NCBI GenBank assembly: GCA_038745295.1
Contig: JBCDLN010000001.1
Coordinates: forward strand, 4,572-68,571
Direction: 5' to 3'
Length of the DNA: 64,000 nt
Origin: Pseudomonadota bacterium
Lineage (GTDB): Bacteria > Pseudomonadota > Alphaproteobacteria > Rhizobiales > Amorphaceae
Positions 49,388-58,748 of this stretch are shown one piece after another. Every line of letters starts with the position of its first letter. Position 1 is the first letter of the stretch. Below the pieces are notes generated by a model. The model made no database searches. It worked only from the letters and a program-made list of their open reading frames with translations, and was not told where the DNA came from. A program made the position numbers and the translations under genes.

Positions 49388-50524
49388 TTAGCGGGCGAAG
49401 GGCATGGGGCGTGGGGTGATGAGGAAATCGCGGCGCAGCAGCCTTGTGACCGGACGCTCCACCAATAGGTGCAACACCGTTCCGGCCGTCAGGCACGCCA
49501 CGAACAATCCCCCAGCAATCAGCACAATCAGGGCAGTTGATGTGGGCGCCAAAACGATTGCGATGATCCACACACTGGTCTGCATCACCAGCATGTGAAC
49601 CAGATAGGTTGCGTAGCTGGCATCCCCTTGCAGCAGCAAAAATGGATTATTCCAGAGCACCCCAGCGCGCTCCAGCATCAGCGCTCCCGTGATGATCGCA
49701 GCCGCCGGGAGGCCCCACACGATAACGCGCACAATCCCACCGACCTCTCCATCAATGCCCAACACCGCTGTCATGGCGAGCGCGCCAACGCCGATCACCA
49801 CCACCATGGCCCCCAAACGCTTTGATCGGCTCGCATCGATCGCCGTGATGTGCCGGTAGGCGAGGCCGATCACCATGCCTATCGCGAACTCCAACAAAAT
49901 CGCGTCGAGGAAGAAGCGCAGGGCGAGCGGCGCACCGTCCCCCAGAAACGCACCCACCCCCACCAGCGCGAACAAGATGATGAGAAGCGTATGGAATGGA
50001 TTGCCCCAATGCCGCAGGGACAGCGACAGTGCGAGAAGCGCGTAGAACAACATCTCATAGTTGAGCGTCCAGCCGACGGTCAACAAGGGGACAATGTCCC
50101 CCCACGCGCGCTCGAACGGCACGAAGAAAAGCGACTTCAGCAGCTGCTCGACAGTTCCGTCGACCCCTCTGATCAATCCGTTCACTTGGAAACCCAAGTT
50201 GATCATCGCCCACACAACAAGCGTGACCAGGGCATAGAGCGGGACGATGCGAATGATGCGACGGCATATGAACGGGACGGGCCTCTGATCGCCGTTGATG
50301 GTCGAATAGACCATGATGAAGCCCGACAACACGAAGAACAGGTCCACGCCCGCCGCCCCGGTTGTGGGCCAAACAATGCCCAGTTCACGTGTGAGATAGA
50401 GGCTTCCGATGTGGTGAATGACCACCATACTGGCCGCAACTGCACGCAGGGCCTGTGCGTTCTGGATCATACCGTTCGTCACTCCAGCTTCACGCAGCGA
50501 CTGCTCTCCAACATTGAGAGGCAA
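49388..50524 (-). CDS. Acyltransferase family 3 membrane O-acyltransferase
   Basis: LRAVAASMVVIHHIGSLY, GVDLFFVLSGFIM, and multiple TM segments. Confidence 0.8.
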   Translation of the reverse strand: MPLNVGEQSLREAGVTNGMIQNAQALRAVAASMVVIHHIGSLYLTRELGIVWPTTGAAGVDLFFVLSGFIMVYSTINGDQRPVPFICRRIIRIVPLYALVTLVVWAMINLGFQVNGLIRGVDGTVEQLLKSLFFVPFERAWGDIVPLLTVGWTLNYEMLFYALLALSLSLRHWGNPFHTLLIILFALVGVGAFLGDGAPLALRFFLDAILLEFAIGMVIGLAYRHITAIDASRSKRLGAMVVVIGVGALAMTAVLGIDGEVGGIVRVIVWGLPAAAIITGALMLERAGVLWNNPFLLLQGDASYATYLVHMLVMQTSVWIIAIVLAPTSTALIVLIAGGLFVACLTAGTVLHLLVERPVTRLLRRDFLITPRPMPFAR

Positions 50525-50577
50525 TAAACCAAAAGCTGAACGTGTTGCAGCCGAAGGGTGTTTTTGTTGAGCCTATA

Positions 50578-52257
50578 TTAATTTGTTAGTTCAGGACGAC
50601 GGCGCGGCACAAGGATGTCACGATTGGATGTCAGTGGCGCCGTCGCGGTGAGCGGATTGGGCTCGGCGGGTGGTGCGGAACGTTCAGCCGAGATCCCAGC
50701 GGCGTCGTTCGTCTCGTCTTGGCCTGCGACGGCCTCGCCGGACGGTTCGGCCGTGTCAGCCGGTGACCCATTGTCATCGATCGCAGCATCTTGAGTTGGC
50801 GGTGCGGCAGCGGCCGGCGCATCAGCGCTGGGCAAAGGCAGATTGGGTTCAGCCGATAGGGCCGACTGAAGAGGCAGCGGCAACGGGGCCGGCTCGCTGC
50901 TCTCCTGTTGTTCTAAAGGCTGCTCGAGCGGCTGCGGCGTGTCAGGCAGCGTGCTGGGTTCTGCCTCCAACGCAGCGGTCTGCGGCGGATCAATTTGCAG
51001 GGATGCGTAGTCGTAGGTGACCTCCACATCGATGACATCACCGGGACGCACCGCGGTGTCGAGTTCGGCCTTGATGATGGTCACGTCAGGCGACACACCG
51101 CGGCGAATGCTGATGGCGACCTGAGGCTGCAGCGTGACACCGAATGCCTCCACAGCCTGTCCGTTGAGCGCGAGCGCCCGGCGCGCGTTGGCGACCCGGC
51201 TTTCCAACGTCCAGATCTGCGTCAAAACCTGCGCGCGCTCAGCAATCAAGGGCTCTTCGAAACGCTCATCGAAGGTGTTGAGGCGCTCGCCGATCTCATC
51301 GCGTTCCAGGGTGAAGCGGGCAACCGAATCTTGCACGCCCAGAACGCGCGAGGAGACCAGAAGCAACGCTTGGCGGGCGTCAGAAAGCCGTGCAGCGGCC
51401 GCGAGCCCCCGCTCTTGGAGCTGGCGGATCCGGTCGACGTCTTCCTCTTCCAGGCTGAGCGCTTCGGCGGTGTTGTCGAGCTCTTCGTTCAGCCGCGCCA
51501 CGCGGTCGGTGAGATAATCGAGCTGTTGGCTGAGGAACCCGCGGGTGACGTTGGAGGCGCGCAACGCGAGCTCCACACGGCGCTGCTCGCTGTCAAACAG
51601 CTGCCGCAACGCGCCAGGCGCGACTTGGACTGGGATCGGTGCCTCGCGTGCAGCATCGGCCCGGCGCTCCAGCGTGGCATCGATGCCCCACAGACGCACC
51701 ACGGCCGCGGCATGCTCCAACGTTGCGGTCTGGTAGTCCCGCAAAAGGTTCGGCCCGCCCTGCAAAGCGTCTTCAAACAGAACCGGAACGGTGGACATGC
51801 CACCGGCTGAGGCGATGGCGGTGCGCACCGTCATGCCGGGTTGGAACTCCACGAGACCTTGCCGCGCCACGTCGCCGGTCACGTAGATCGGCCGATAGCG
51901 GATGATTTCGACCATCAGCTCTGTGCCGCCCAGGATCACCTGGCGGCGTTCACCTTCGTTGTTATAGAGCGCGATCGTGAGGCCGGCCGAGGCCACGCTG
52001 ACCGCCTCGTCGAACTCCGCCAGTGTTTTGCCCGCCGCTGGGAACAAACCCAAACGGGGCACCTGAACATTGCCATCGATGTCGATGGTGGATTCAGCGT
52101 TCATCTCCGGCAGTTCGGTGATGGAGATGCGTAGCGTATCGCCAGGCTGCAGCACGTAGGGCTCTGCCTTGGCCGGTAACACCAGAAGCGCACACACAAG
52201 GGCGGCCAGAAGCACCGCCCAGATCCGCGTCACATGTGTCATTGCGCGCTCCCGCAT
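50578..52257 (-). CDS. Outer-membrane polysaccharide export (Wza/OPX-family) protein with a long coiled-coil insertion and a Pro/Ala/Glu-rich C-terminal tail
   Basis: A signal-like N-terminus (RIWAVLLAALVCALLVLPAKA) is followed by the Poly_export motif YVLQPGDTLRISI...DGNVQVPRLGLFPAAGKTLAEF and the SLBB-like segments IYVTGDVARQG and VRPGDVIDVEV. The middle is heptad-like and rich in E/R/L/Q. Confidence 0.7.
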   Translation of the reverse strand: MRERAMTHVTRIWAVLLAALVCALLVLPAKAEPYVLQPGDTLRISITELPEMNAESTIDIDGNVQVPRLGLFPAAGKTLAEFDEAVSVASAGLTIALYNNEGERRQVILGGTELMVEIIRYRPIYVTGDVARQGLVEFQPGMTVRTAIASAGGMSTVPVLFEDALQGGPNLLRDYQTATLEHAAAVVRLWGIDATLERRADAAREAPIPVQVAPGALRQLFDSEQRRVELALRASNVTRGFLSQQLDYLTDRVARLNEELDNTAEALSLEEEDVDRIRQLQERGLAAAARLSDARQALLLVSSRVLGVQDSVARFTLERDEIGERLNTFDERFEEPLIAERAQVLTQIWTLESRVANARRALALNGQAVEAFGVTLQPQVAISIRRGVSPDVTIIKAELDTAVRPGDVIDVEVTYDYASLQIDPPQTAALEAEPSTLPDTPQPLEQPLEQQESSEPAPLPLPLQSALSAEPNLPLPSADAPAAAAPPTQDAAIDDNGSPADTAEPSGEAVAGQDETNDAAGISAERSAPPAEPNPLTATAPLTSNRDILVPRRRPELTN

Positions 52258-52258
52258 C

Positions 52259-54307
52259 TCATCGGTTCTGGTAGGAATATGCTGTTTGCGGGATGGCTCT
52301 GAAGCTCGCCTCGGCTTTCAAGTCCACGCCGTTAAGCACGAAGCCGTCCACCTCCGCGCCGAACGAGCCCAAGACGTCCATCGCATCGGCAACAGCGGCC
52401 TGCGAACTCTTGCGCCACTCGGTCACGAAAATGACGCTCTCGGCGTGGCGCGACAAGATCGCCGCGTCGGTCACCGGCAGCAGCGGCGGGGCGTCTAAGA
52501 TGATGGTGTCGTAGTCGCGCCGCAGATCGGCGATGAGATCGGCCATCGCCTCAGATGACAACAGGTCGATGGGGCTCACATTGGCCTGGCGCGGCGCGCG
52601 GGCCGCCACGATCACATCGGGCAAGCGCTCGCCTAAAGAGATGATGGCATCGTCGACCCGGCTCGTGCCGTCCAGCACCGTGCCAAGGGTGTGCTCGGTC
52701 TTCAGCTTCAGACCCTTGGCAAGGCGCGAACGACGCAGATCACAATCGATAAACAAAACATCCTTGCCGATATCGGCGGTGCTCGCCGCCAGCAAAAGGG
52801 CAACGTTTGACTTGCCCTCCGCCGCGCTCGCCGAGGTGATCAGCACCACACCGGGCGTCGGCTTGGCGTGGTGCTGCAGCACTGCGGCCCGCATGGAGCG
52901 CAAATTCTCCGCAAGGGGTGAGCTGCTATTGCTGCGCACAAAGGCGATGAGCTTGCCGGGCGTCAGCCGGGAGCGCCAACGCGGCAGCACACCCAAAACG
53001 GGACGCTTGGCAAAGTTCGCCAGCTCCTCGCGGGTGCGGAAGGTGGTGTTCAGCAGTTCGCGCAAAGCAATGATGGCAATGCCGGCGCCAATGCCCAGAA
53101 TCCCGGCGAGCGCGAGAATGATCTTGCCGCCCGGGTTGGACGCTTGGAGAGGGGAAAGCGCATCGGCGATGATGCGGGCATCGGCCTGCTGATAGGTCTC
53201 CAGGGCGTCGACCACATTGGTCTCGTCCAGGAAGCGCTCATAAAGGCGCTGATCGGCGAGGGCCTGGCGTTGGAGTTGGTCAAACTGGGCCTGCAGCTCC
53301 ACAAGGCTTGAGAGCTCCGCTTCGGCTTCCTCAACGCGTTCGGCAAGCGCGTCCTCGCGGGATTGGATGGCGGCAATGCGCCGGCTCAGATTGCCCGTGG
53401 CGTCGTCTGCAGTGTCGGCGGCGGCCTGCTCGGTCAGCAGCGTTTCACGGACCTGCCGTGCGTCAAACAGGCTTGAGCGCAGGCGATCAAGCTGCGCGGC
53501 GTACTGCTCCACCTGGCCTTCGTCGGTCAGACCGTTGGCGATGCGGAACTCGTTCACAGCATCGGTGGAACGGCGGACCTGGTCTTCCAGCTCGGCGATC
53601 TGATCGGTCAGCCAGACGACGGCGCTGGTGGATGATTCCAATTTGATGGAGCGGGTGGCGTCGATGTAGCTGCGCACAACCGTGTTGGCGAGCTCTGCGG
53701 CGGTCTTGGGTTCGGTGGATTCAGCATAAAGCCTGATGATGTAAGAGGTATCCACCTGCCTGGCCGACAATTTGCCAGCCAGTGTTGCGATCGCAATCCG
53801 GCGATAAAGATCGGCACGCTCGGTGTCGGTCAGTTCCTCCTGCGGCTTCCCCAACAAAAACGGCACGGCACCCACGATGGGCTCCAAAAGCTTTCCCAAC
53901 GTTACGCGCACATCGCTGAGACTGAAGCCGCCCGTGTCGGGGCGCAACGGCGGCACAAAGACCGGATCGCTCGCGAGGCCCAGCCTGTCCACCACCGCGC
54001 CGAGGACACGGTTGGACAACAGCACATTCACTTGGCTGGCCACCGCTGATGCGTTGAGTGGGGCTTCGCCGGTGGTGCGCAAATCAAGCTGCTGCGCACT
54101 GCCGCCGTCGACAAGAACACTGGCCGCTGCTTCGTAGTTCAGTGTCCGGGATGACAAATAAAACAGCGCCAGAAGACAGGCCAAAACGAACGTTGCAGCG
54201 ATGATAAACTTACCGCGCCAAAGCGTTCGCAGCACCGCCCGCAGGTCGATTGCCATCTCATCGGTGTCGGCCGCAATTGGAGCTCGGCTTGGGCTCAATT
54301 TCTGCAT
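52259..54307 (-). CDS. Polysaccharide co-polymerase / tyrosine autokinase (Wzc / ExoP / GumC-like)
   Basis: N-terminal Wzz-type segment with a TM helix (LWRGKFIIAATFVLACLLALFYL), a long coiled-coil periplasmic region and a second TM helix (IILALAGILGIGAGIAIIAL). The C-terminal P-loop domain has VVLITSASAAEGKSNVALLLA, LFIDCDLRRS and IILDAPPLLPVTDA. The extreme C-terminus AYSYQNR contains Tyr residues. Confidence 0.8.
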   Translation of the reverse strand: MQKLSPSRAPIAADTDEMAIDLRAVLRTLWRGKFIIAATFVLACLLALFYLSSRTLNYEAAASVLVDGGSAQQLDLRTTGEAPLNASAVASQVNVLLSNRVLGAVVDRLGLASDPVFVPPLRPDTGGFSLSDVRVTLGKLLEPIVGAVPFLLGKPQEELTDTERADLYRRIAIATLAGKLSARQVDTSYIIRLYAESTEPKTAAELANTVVRSYIDATRSIKLESSTSAVVWLTDQIAELEDQVRRSTDAVNEFRIANGLTDEGQVEQYAAQLDRLRSSLFDARQVRETLLTEQAAADTADDATGNLSRRIAAIQSREDALAERVEEAEAELSSLVELQAQFDQLQRQALADQRLYERFLDETNVVDALETYQQADARIIADALSPLQASNPGGKIILALAGILGIGAGIAIIALRELLNTTFRTREELANFAKRPVLGVLPRWRSRLTPGKLIAFVRSNSSSPLAENLRSMRAAVLQHHAKPTPGVVLITSASAAEGKSNVALLLAASTADIGKDVLFIDCDLRRSRLAKGLKLKTEHTLGTVLDGTSRVDDAIISLGERLPDVIVAARAPRQANVSPIDLLSSEAMADLIADLRRDYDTIILDAPPLLPVTDAAILSRHAESVIFVTEWRKSSQAAVADAMDVLGSFGAEVDGFVLNGVDLKAEASFRAIPQTAYSYQNR

Positions 54308-54840
54308 CAGGAAACCTCAAAGCAGGACACCCGCAAGGGGCAGAAACGCAATCGTCCCGTTCGCTTGCCGCAGCGTCCTAGCATATTTGCGCTTTGGCGC
54401 GGGCTACTCAATGCGGGGCTGCTGGCCGTTACAATCTAGCGGCGGGTTCGTGCTGGCATTTCACTATTCAAGATTGATGATAATAAACCTAAAGATGTCA
54501 AAACGCATTGACCTACCGTTCTGAGCAGCGTAAGGCCTGCTTTGGTAAAATGTTGAGAATCGGGATTTGTGTTTCGATCTCAGGTGCATATCGCGTTTAT
54601 GAAACGTCAGGCTATCTTACCGTTGGATACCTGACAGCTCATCCCTCGCCCACTCACCTCAGTCAAACTCAGACGTCTTATGATCGAAAATCGACCCAGT
54701 GTGCACGCAGCCTCAGAGGCGCTGATCCACACTCACAGCTGGTCTGCAACTGCTCGTGTCATATCCGAAATACGAATTCATGACGGATACAGTGCGACCT
54801 TACACCGTTCTCCCAGTGTCGATCTCAGCGAGATCAAACA

Positions 54841-57537
54841 ATGATAACCGATTCCTGGGTGTTTAATCAGATGACTGGAAGTGACACACCATCGAATGTC
54901 TTAACCGAGACATCCGATATTTTTTGGGGTGCCGGCCATCAACGCTGGTGGCATCTTGAACACAACCGCGATGGCCCCAGCGTCGATGTCATCGATATTT
55001 GGGATGATTATAGTGGCGCCGGTGTCACCGTCGCTGTTCATGATGAGATGGTCAATTTTAATCATCCAGATCTTAAAGAAAACTATGATTCTTCAATCGA
55101 TTATGATCTGAATAAACGAGCTACCAAACTCGATTACCCCTTTGGCACTGACGCATCGCACGGGACAGCGGTCGCAGGTGTGATTGGTGCGGCCAACAAT
55201 GGATTTGGCACCATTGGAATCGCGTATGAAGCGCGACTGACATCGCTCGCGTTCAGTTACGAGTCCGAAAACGTCATCGACGAGGTCCTCACCGGCATCT
55301 CACGAGCCAAAAACTACGACATCGTCAACAACAGCTGGAGCTTTGTCAAAGCATTCACCGATCGAAATTTCGGCGATAGTCTGATCGAACCTGTCACGGA
55401 AGGGCGAGACGGGCTGGGCACTATCATGGTGTTTTCAGCCAGCAATCAGCGCTCGGCGGTCTCGTCAAACTATCTGGATTTTCAGAACTCGCCATACGCG
55501 GTCGCAGTGGGCGCGGTCGATAAAGAGGGTGATGCGGCGTCATTCTCATCGATCGGCACCAATGTTTTGGTATCCACCGCCGGCGTGAACATCAAAACCA
55601 CCACGAGGGACGACAACTATAGCGGAGTCGACGGCACATCGTTCGCGGCTCCTATGGTATCGGGCGTGGTTGCGCTCATGTTAGAAGCTAACCCCGATCT
55701 TGGTTACCGCGATGTTCAAGAAATCTTGGCCTACTCATCCAAGATTTCCGAGCTTGGTGATCGCGGTCACACCGCCAATGATTGGGTCATCAATGGCGCT
55801 GACAATTATAATGGCGGCGGCCTGCACTATAGCGACGTATTCGGATACGGCTTCGTCAACGCTTTCGCGGCTGTACGTCTGGCTGAAACCTGGACTAAGC
55901 AGCAAACCATCGATAACCTGCAAACGCATGTGGTCGACAAACAGTTCGACACACCGCTGAGGCTGGTGGCGGGAGACACCGACAGCCTGTCGGTCAGCTT
56001 TGAGGTGACTGAAAACATCGTCGCCGAGCATGTCCAACTCGCGCTCGACTTCTCCTGGCGCGACAGCGGCAACCTGGAGGTGTACCTCACCAGCCCAGAC
56101 GGCACGCGCAGCCAATTGATGTATGATCTCTACACACCTGATGCAGTTGGCGATTTCAGGCTGTTCGAGTTCACGACGGTCGCCTCCATGGGTGAGAATG
56201 CGGCCGGCACATGGACCATCGACATCGTCAATCCGGACCCGGACGCCAACTTCAAAGGCGAGACGATGACCGGTGAATTCAAAGGGTTCACCGCAACAAT
56301 CCTCGGTGAAGCACCGTCGGTCACCAACACCTACATTTACACCGATGAGTTCGCAGTCCTCTACGACGACGAACTCACCGAGCGTGTGGTGTTGCGCGAC
56401 CGCAATGGCGGGACCGATACCATCAACGCCGCCGCTGTTACCACCGATTCCACGCTTGATCTCAACCGGGGACCCGGTGCGGTGATCGCTGGGCATGCGT
56501 TGACCATTGAAGGGCTTATCGAGAACGCGGTCGGCGGTGATGGTGACGACACGCTCATCGGCAACAACGCCGACAACCACCTTCATGGCGGCCGCGGCGA
56601 TGACCACTTCACACTCTCCGCCGGTGACGACACGCTGGACGGCGGCCGCGGTCAAGACAAGCTCGTCATTGAGGCTGATTTTAACGCCTTCAGTGCGTTC
56701 GAACTGATCGGCGACACACTGTCGCTCGCCTTCAATGACGGTGCCACAGCCCTGATCCAAAGCATTGAAGCCTTCGTGGTGGATGGGGTGAACTACGGCT
56801 ACAATGCCCTAGTCGATGCTCTGGAGGACGTGAGCAATACCGATGACCGGCCAGACAGCGGCCAGGGGAGCGGGGGCGCCAGCGTCATCACACCACCACC
56901 GCCAGCAGACACGCCGAAGGATGATGTTCCCCCGAACAACACCGGCAACGATGACGATGACACACCGCACGATTGGCTGGGCGAAGCGCCGGACGATGCC
57001 ATCCTGGGCAAAGGGGGGGCAGAGCGCCTGAAGGGCAACATGGGCACCGACTCATGGCTGGACGGCGGCGCAGGCGATGACACCCTTCTTGGTCTTGATG
57101 GTCAGGACACGCTGATTGGCGGCGAGGGCGATGATCTTCACTTCGGCCATGGCGCCAACGATGTTTTGAAAGGCGGCAACGGTAACAACCGTCTGGTCGG
57201 CGGCGAAGGTGACGACACGCTGATCGCTGAAGCTGGTGATAATGTGCTCGTGGGCGAAGAGGGCGCGGACACGTTTGTCATCTCAGCCGATACGTTCGGC
57301 GGCAAGCAGCGCATCACCGACTTCTCGGCCGCCGACGGTGACACCATCGTGCTGCTCGATCCGGACAACATCCTCGACACAATGGACATCGTCATGGCGT
57401 TATCGTGGGGGACTGGTGTGCAACTCAGTGCCGTCAACAAAAAGGGAGACGCACTCTCAATTGTCGAAATCCATGGTGATTTTGACGCTGAAACACTTCT
57501 TCAGCTGAAGGAGGTGTCCAGCGAGCTGCTCATTTGA
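54841..57537 (+). CDS. Secreted subtilisin-family (S8) serine protease with a proprotein-convertase P-domain and C-terminal RTX calcium-binding repeats
   Basis: Catalytic triad contexts GVTVAVHDEMV (Asp), SHGTAVAGVIGA (His) and GTSFAAPMVSGVVALMLE (Ser). The P-domain-like segments are LEVYLTSPDGTRSQLMY and GENAAGTWTIDIVN. RTX repeats are GGDGDDTLIGNNADNHLHGGRGDD and GGEGDDLHFGHGANDVLKGGNGNNRLVGGEGDDTL. The tail is ITDFSAADGDTIVLL. Confidence 0.85.
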   Translation: MITDSWVFNQMTGSDTPSNVLTETSDIFWGAGHQRWWHLEHNRDGPSVDVIDIWDDYSGAGVTVAVHDEMVNFNHPDLKENYDSSIDYDLNKRATKLDYPFGTDASHGTAVAGVIGAANNGFGTIGIAYEARLTSLAFSYESENVIDEVLTGISRAKNYDIVNNSWSFVKAFTDRNFGDSLIEPVTEGRDGLGTIMVFSASNQRSAVSSNYLDFQNSPYAVAVGAVDKEGDAASFSSIGTNVLVSTAGVNIKTTTRDDNYSGVDGTSFAAPMVSGVVALMLEANPDLGYRDVQEILAYSSKISELGDRGHTANDWVINGADNYNGGGLHYSDVFGYGFVNAFAAVRLAETWTKQQTIDNLQTHVVDKQFDTPLRLVAGDTDSLSVSFEVTENIVAEHVQLALDFSWRDSGNLEVYLTSPDGTRSQLMYDLYTPDAVGDFRLFEFTTVASMGENAAGTWTIDIVNPDPDANFKGETMTGEFKGFTATILGEAPSVTNTYIYTDEFAVLYDDELTERVVLRDRNGGTDTINAAAVTTDSTLDLNRGPGAVIAGHALTIEGLIENAVGGDGDDTLIGNNADNHLHGGRGDDHFTLSAGDDTLDGGRGQDKLVIEADFNAFSAFELIGDTLSLAFNDGATALIQSIEAFVVDGVNYGYNALVDALEDVSNTDDRPDSGQGSGGASVITPPPPADTPKDDVPPNNTGNDDDDTPHDWLGEAPDDAILGKGGAERLKGNMGTDSWLDGGAGDDTLLGLDGQDTLIGGEGDDLHFGHGANDVLKGGNGNNRLVGGEGDDTLIAEAGDNVLVGEEGADTFVISADTFGGKQRITDFSAADGDTIVLLDPDNILDTMDIVMALSWGTGVQLSAVNKKGDALSIVEIHGDFDAETLLQLKEVSSELLI

Positions 57538-57570
57538 TGGCGTTCTATCTCAGATCGCGAGCAGCAACAT

Positions 57571-57601
57571 AAAAAAGGGTGCTGGAATGATCCAGCACCC
57601 T
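57571..57601 (-). terminator. Rho-independent terminator (canonical on the minus strand) between convergent protease and RTX genes
   Basis: AGGGTGCTGGA (57576-57586) pairs with TCCAGCACCCT (57591-57601) around a 4-nt loop. On the minus strand the hairpin is followed by TTTTTT (the complement of 57571-57576). Confidence 0.75.
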
Positions 57602-57625
57602 CATCAGTCCGATAGGACCAACTCT

Positions 57626-58345
57626 TTAGAGGGACGGGACGGAGTCGATCGCAGCCTGCGCGCTTTGCGACAGGTCGTCCAGGTCAATGGTGAAGTTGTC
57701 TTCGGTCAGAACTTCGTTCCGAACGTTCACCGTGGCCGTTCCTTCTTCAGTCTGATACGTGACCAAGGTGTGCTTGCCATTGATGATCTCGATTTCCAGG
57801 CCTGCAATACCAGCAAACCCTTCACCCTCTTCACCATTGTTAATGAAGAAGATATCGTCTGCTTGGCTGAATCCCCAGACTTTGTCGTTACCGGCCAAAG
57901 CGTCGATCACGATCACGTCTTGACCATCTTCGAGCTTACCATTCCAGTTGTTGCGCTGACCAGCGAGGATGGTGTCATCGCCTGCGAAGCCAACGAAGAC
58001 ATCTTCGCCGTCGCCGCCCCACAGGGTGTCTTCGCCGTTTGAGTTGTTATCGAACGACCCAAGGAGGAGGTCGTTGTCAGCATCACCGAGCAGCTTGTCG
58101 TCGCTGCCGCCACCGTTCAGCGTGTCTTCGCCGGTTCCACCCAGGACAGTGTCGACGCCGGTCCCACCGACAACATTGTCGTCGCCGCCGTTGGCTTCAA
58201 CACGGTCACCTTGAGCATCCGCTTCAATCGTGTTCGCATCATCAGAGCCGATCACGAAATTCGCTTGCTCAACAACATCTTGGCCGACGGCGTCGGCGGT
58301 GAAATTGGGAGTGTCTGCATCAAGGACAAATTTGTTCAGCATCAC
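57626..58345 (-). CDS. Small RTX calcium-binding repeat protein (probable type I secretion substrate)
   Basis: GGDDNVVGGTGVDTVLGGTGEDTLNGGGSDDKLLGDADNDLLLG and GGDGEDVFVGFAGDDTILAG; acidic, with no N-terminal signal peptide evident. Confidence 0.75.
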   Translation of the reverse strand: MMLNKFVLDADTPNFTADAVGQDVVEQANFVIGSDDANTIEADAQGDRVEANGGDDNVVGGTGVDTVLGGTGEDTLNGGGSDDKLLGDADNDLLLGSFDNNSNGEDTLWGGDGEDVFVGFAGDDTILAGQRNNWNGKLEDGQDVIVIDALAGNDKVWGFSQADDIFFINNGEEGEGFAGIAGLEIEIINGKHTLVTYQTEEGTATVNVRNEVLTEDNFTIDLDDLSQSAQAAIDSVPSL

Positions 58346-58748
58346 TCATCTTCCCCTAACTAAATCTATCTACCACTCGTTACAAAGATCGCCGCAGTCT
58401 TTGCCTTATTTTTTGCACAGAATGGCCATAAACAGCAATCTTTTCGCGCGCTGCAACTGGCACATTTTAGTAGCTCGATCAACCAGTGTGCAGGCCGCAG
58501 CACCAAAATAATATGTGATTTGTTAACCTCAAGGTTTTTGAGCCCCGAGACGGTCAACCTTGGCGGGAACGCGGCGAAAGTGTTACGCTCATGAAGCAGG
58601 TACTTTACTACCGTTTTTGTTATTTTCCTTAGTCCACCCATCAAAAATCGTTGTGACTGCGGGTTTGCAACCTGCTGAGTTTACATTGCTGGCCCGCGCG
58701 TTTTAAACGCCGGGGCCGGGCCATGGTGGCCGCGGCAGGAGGCTCGCC

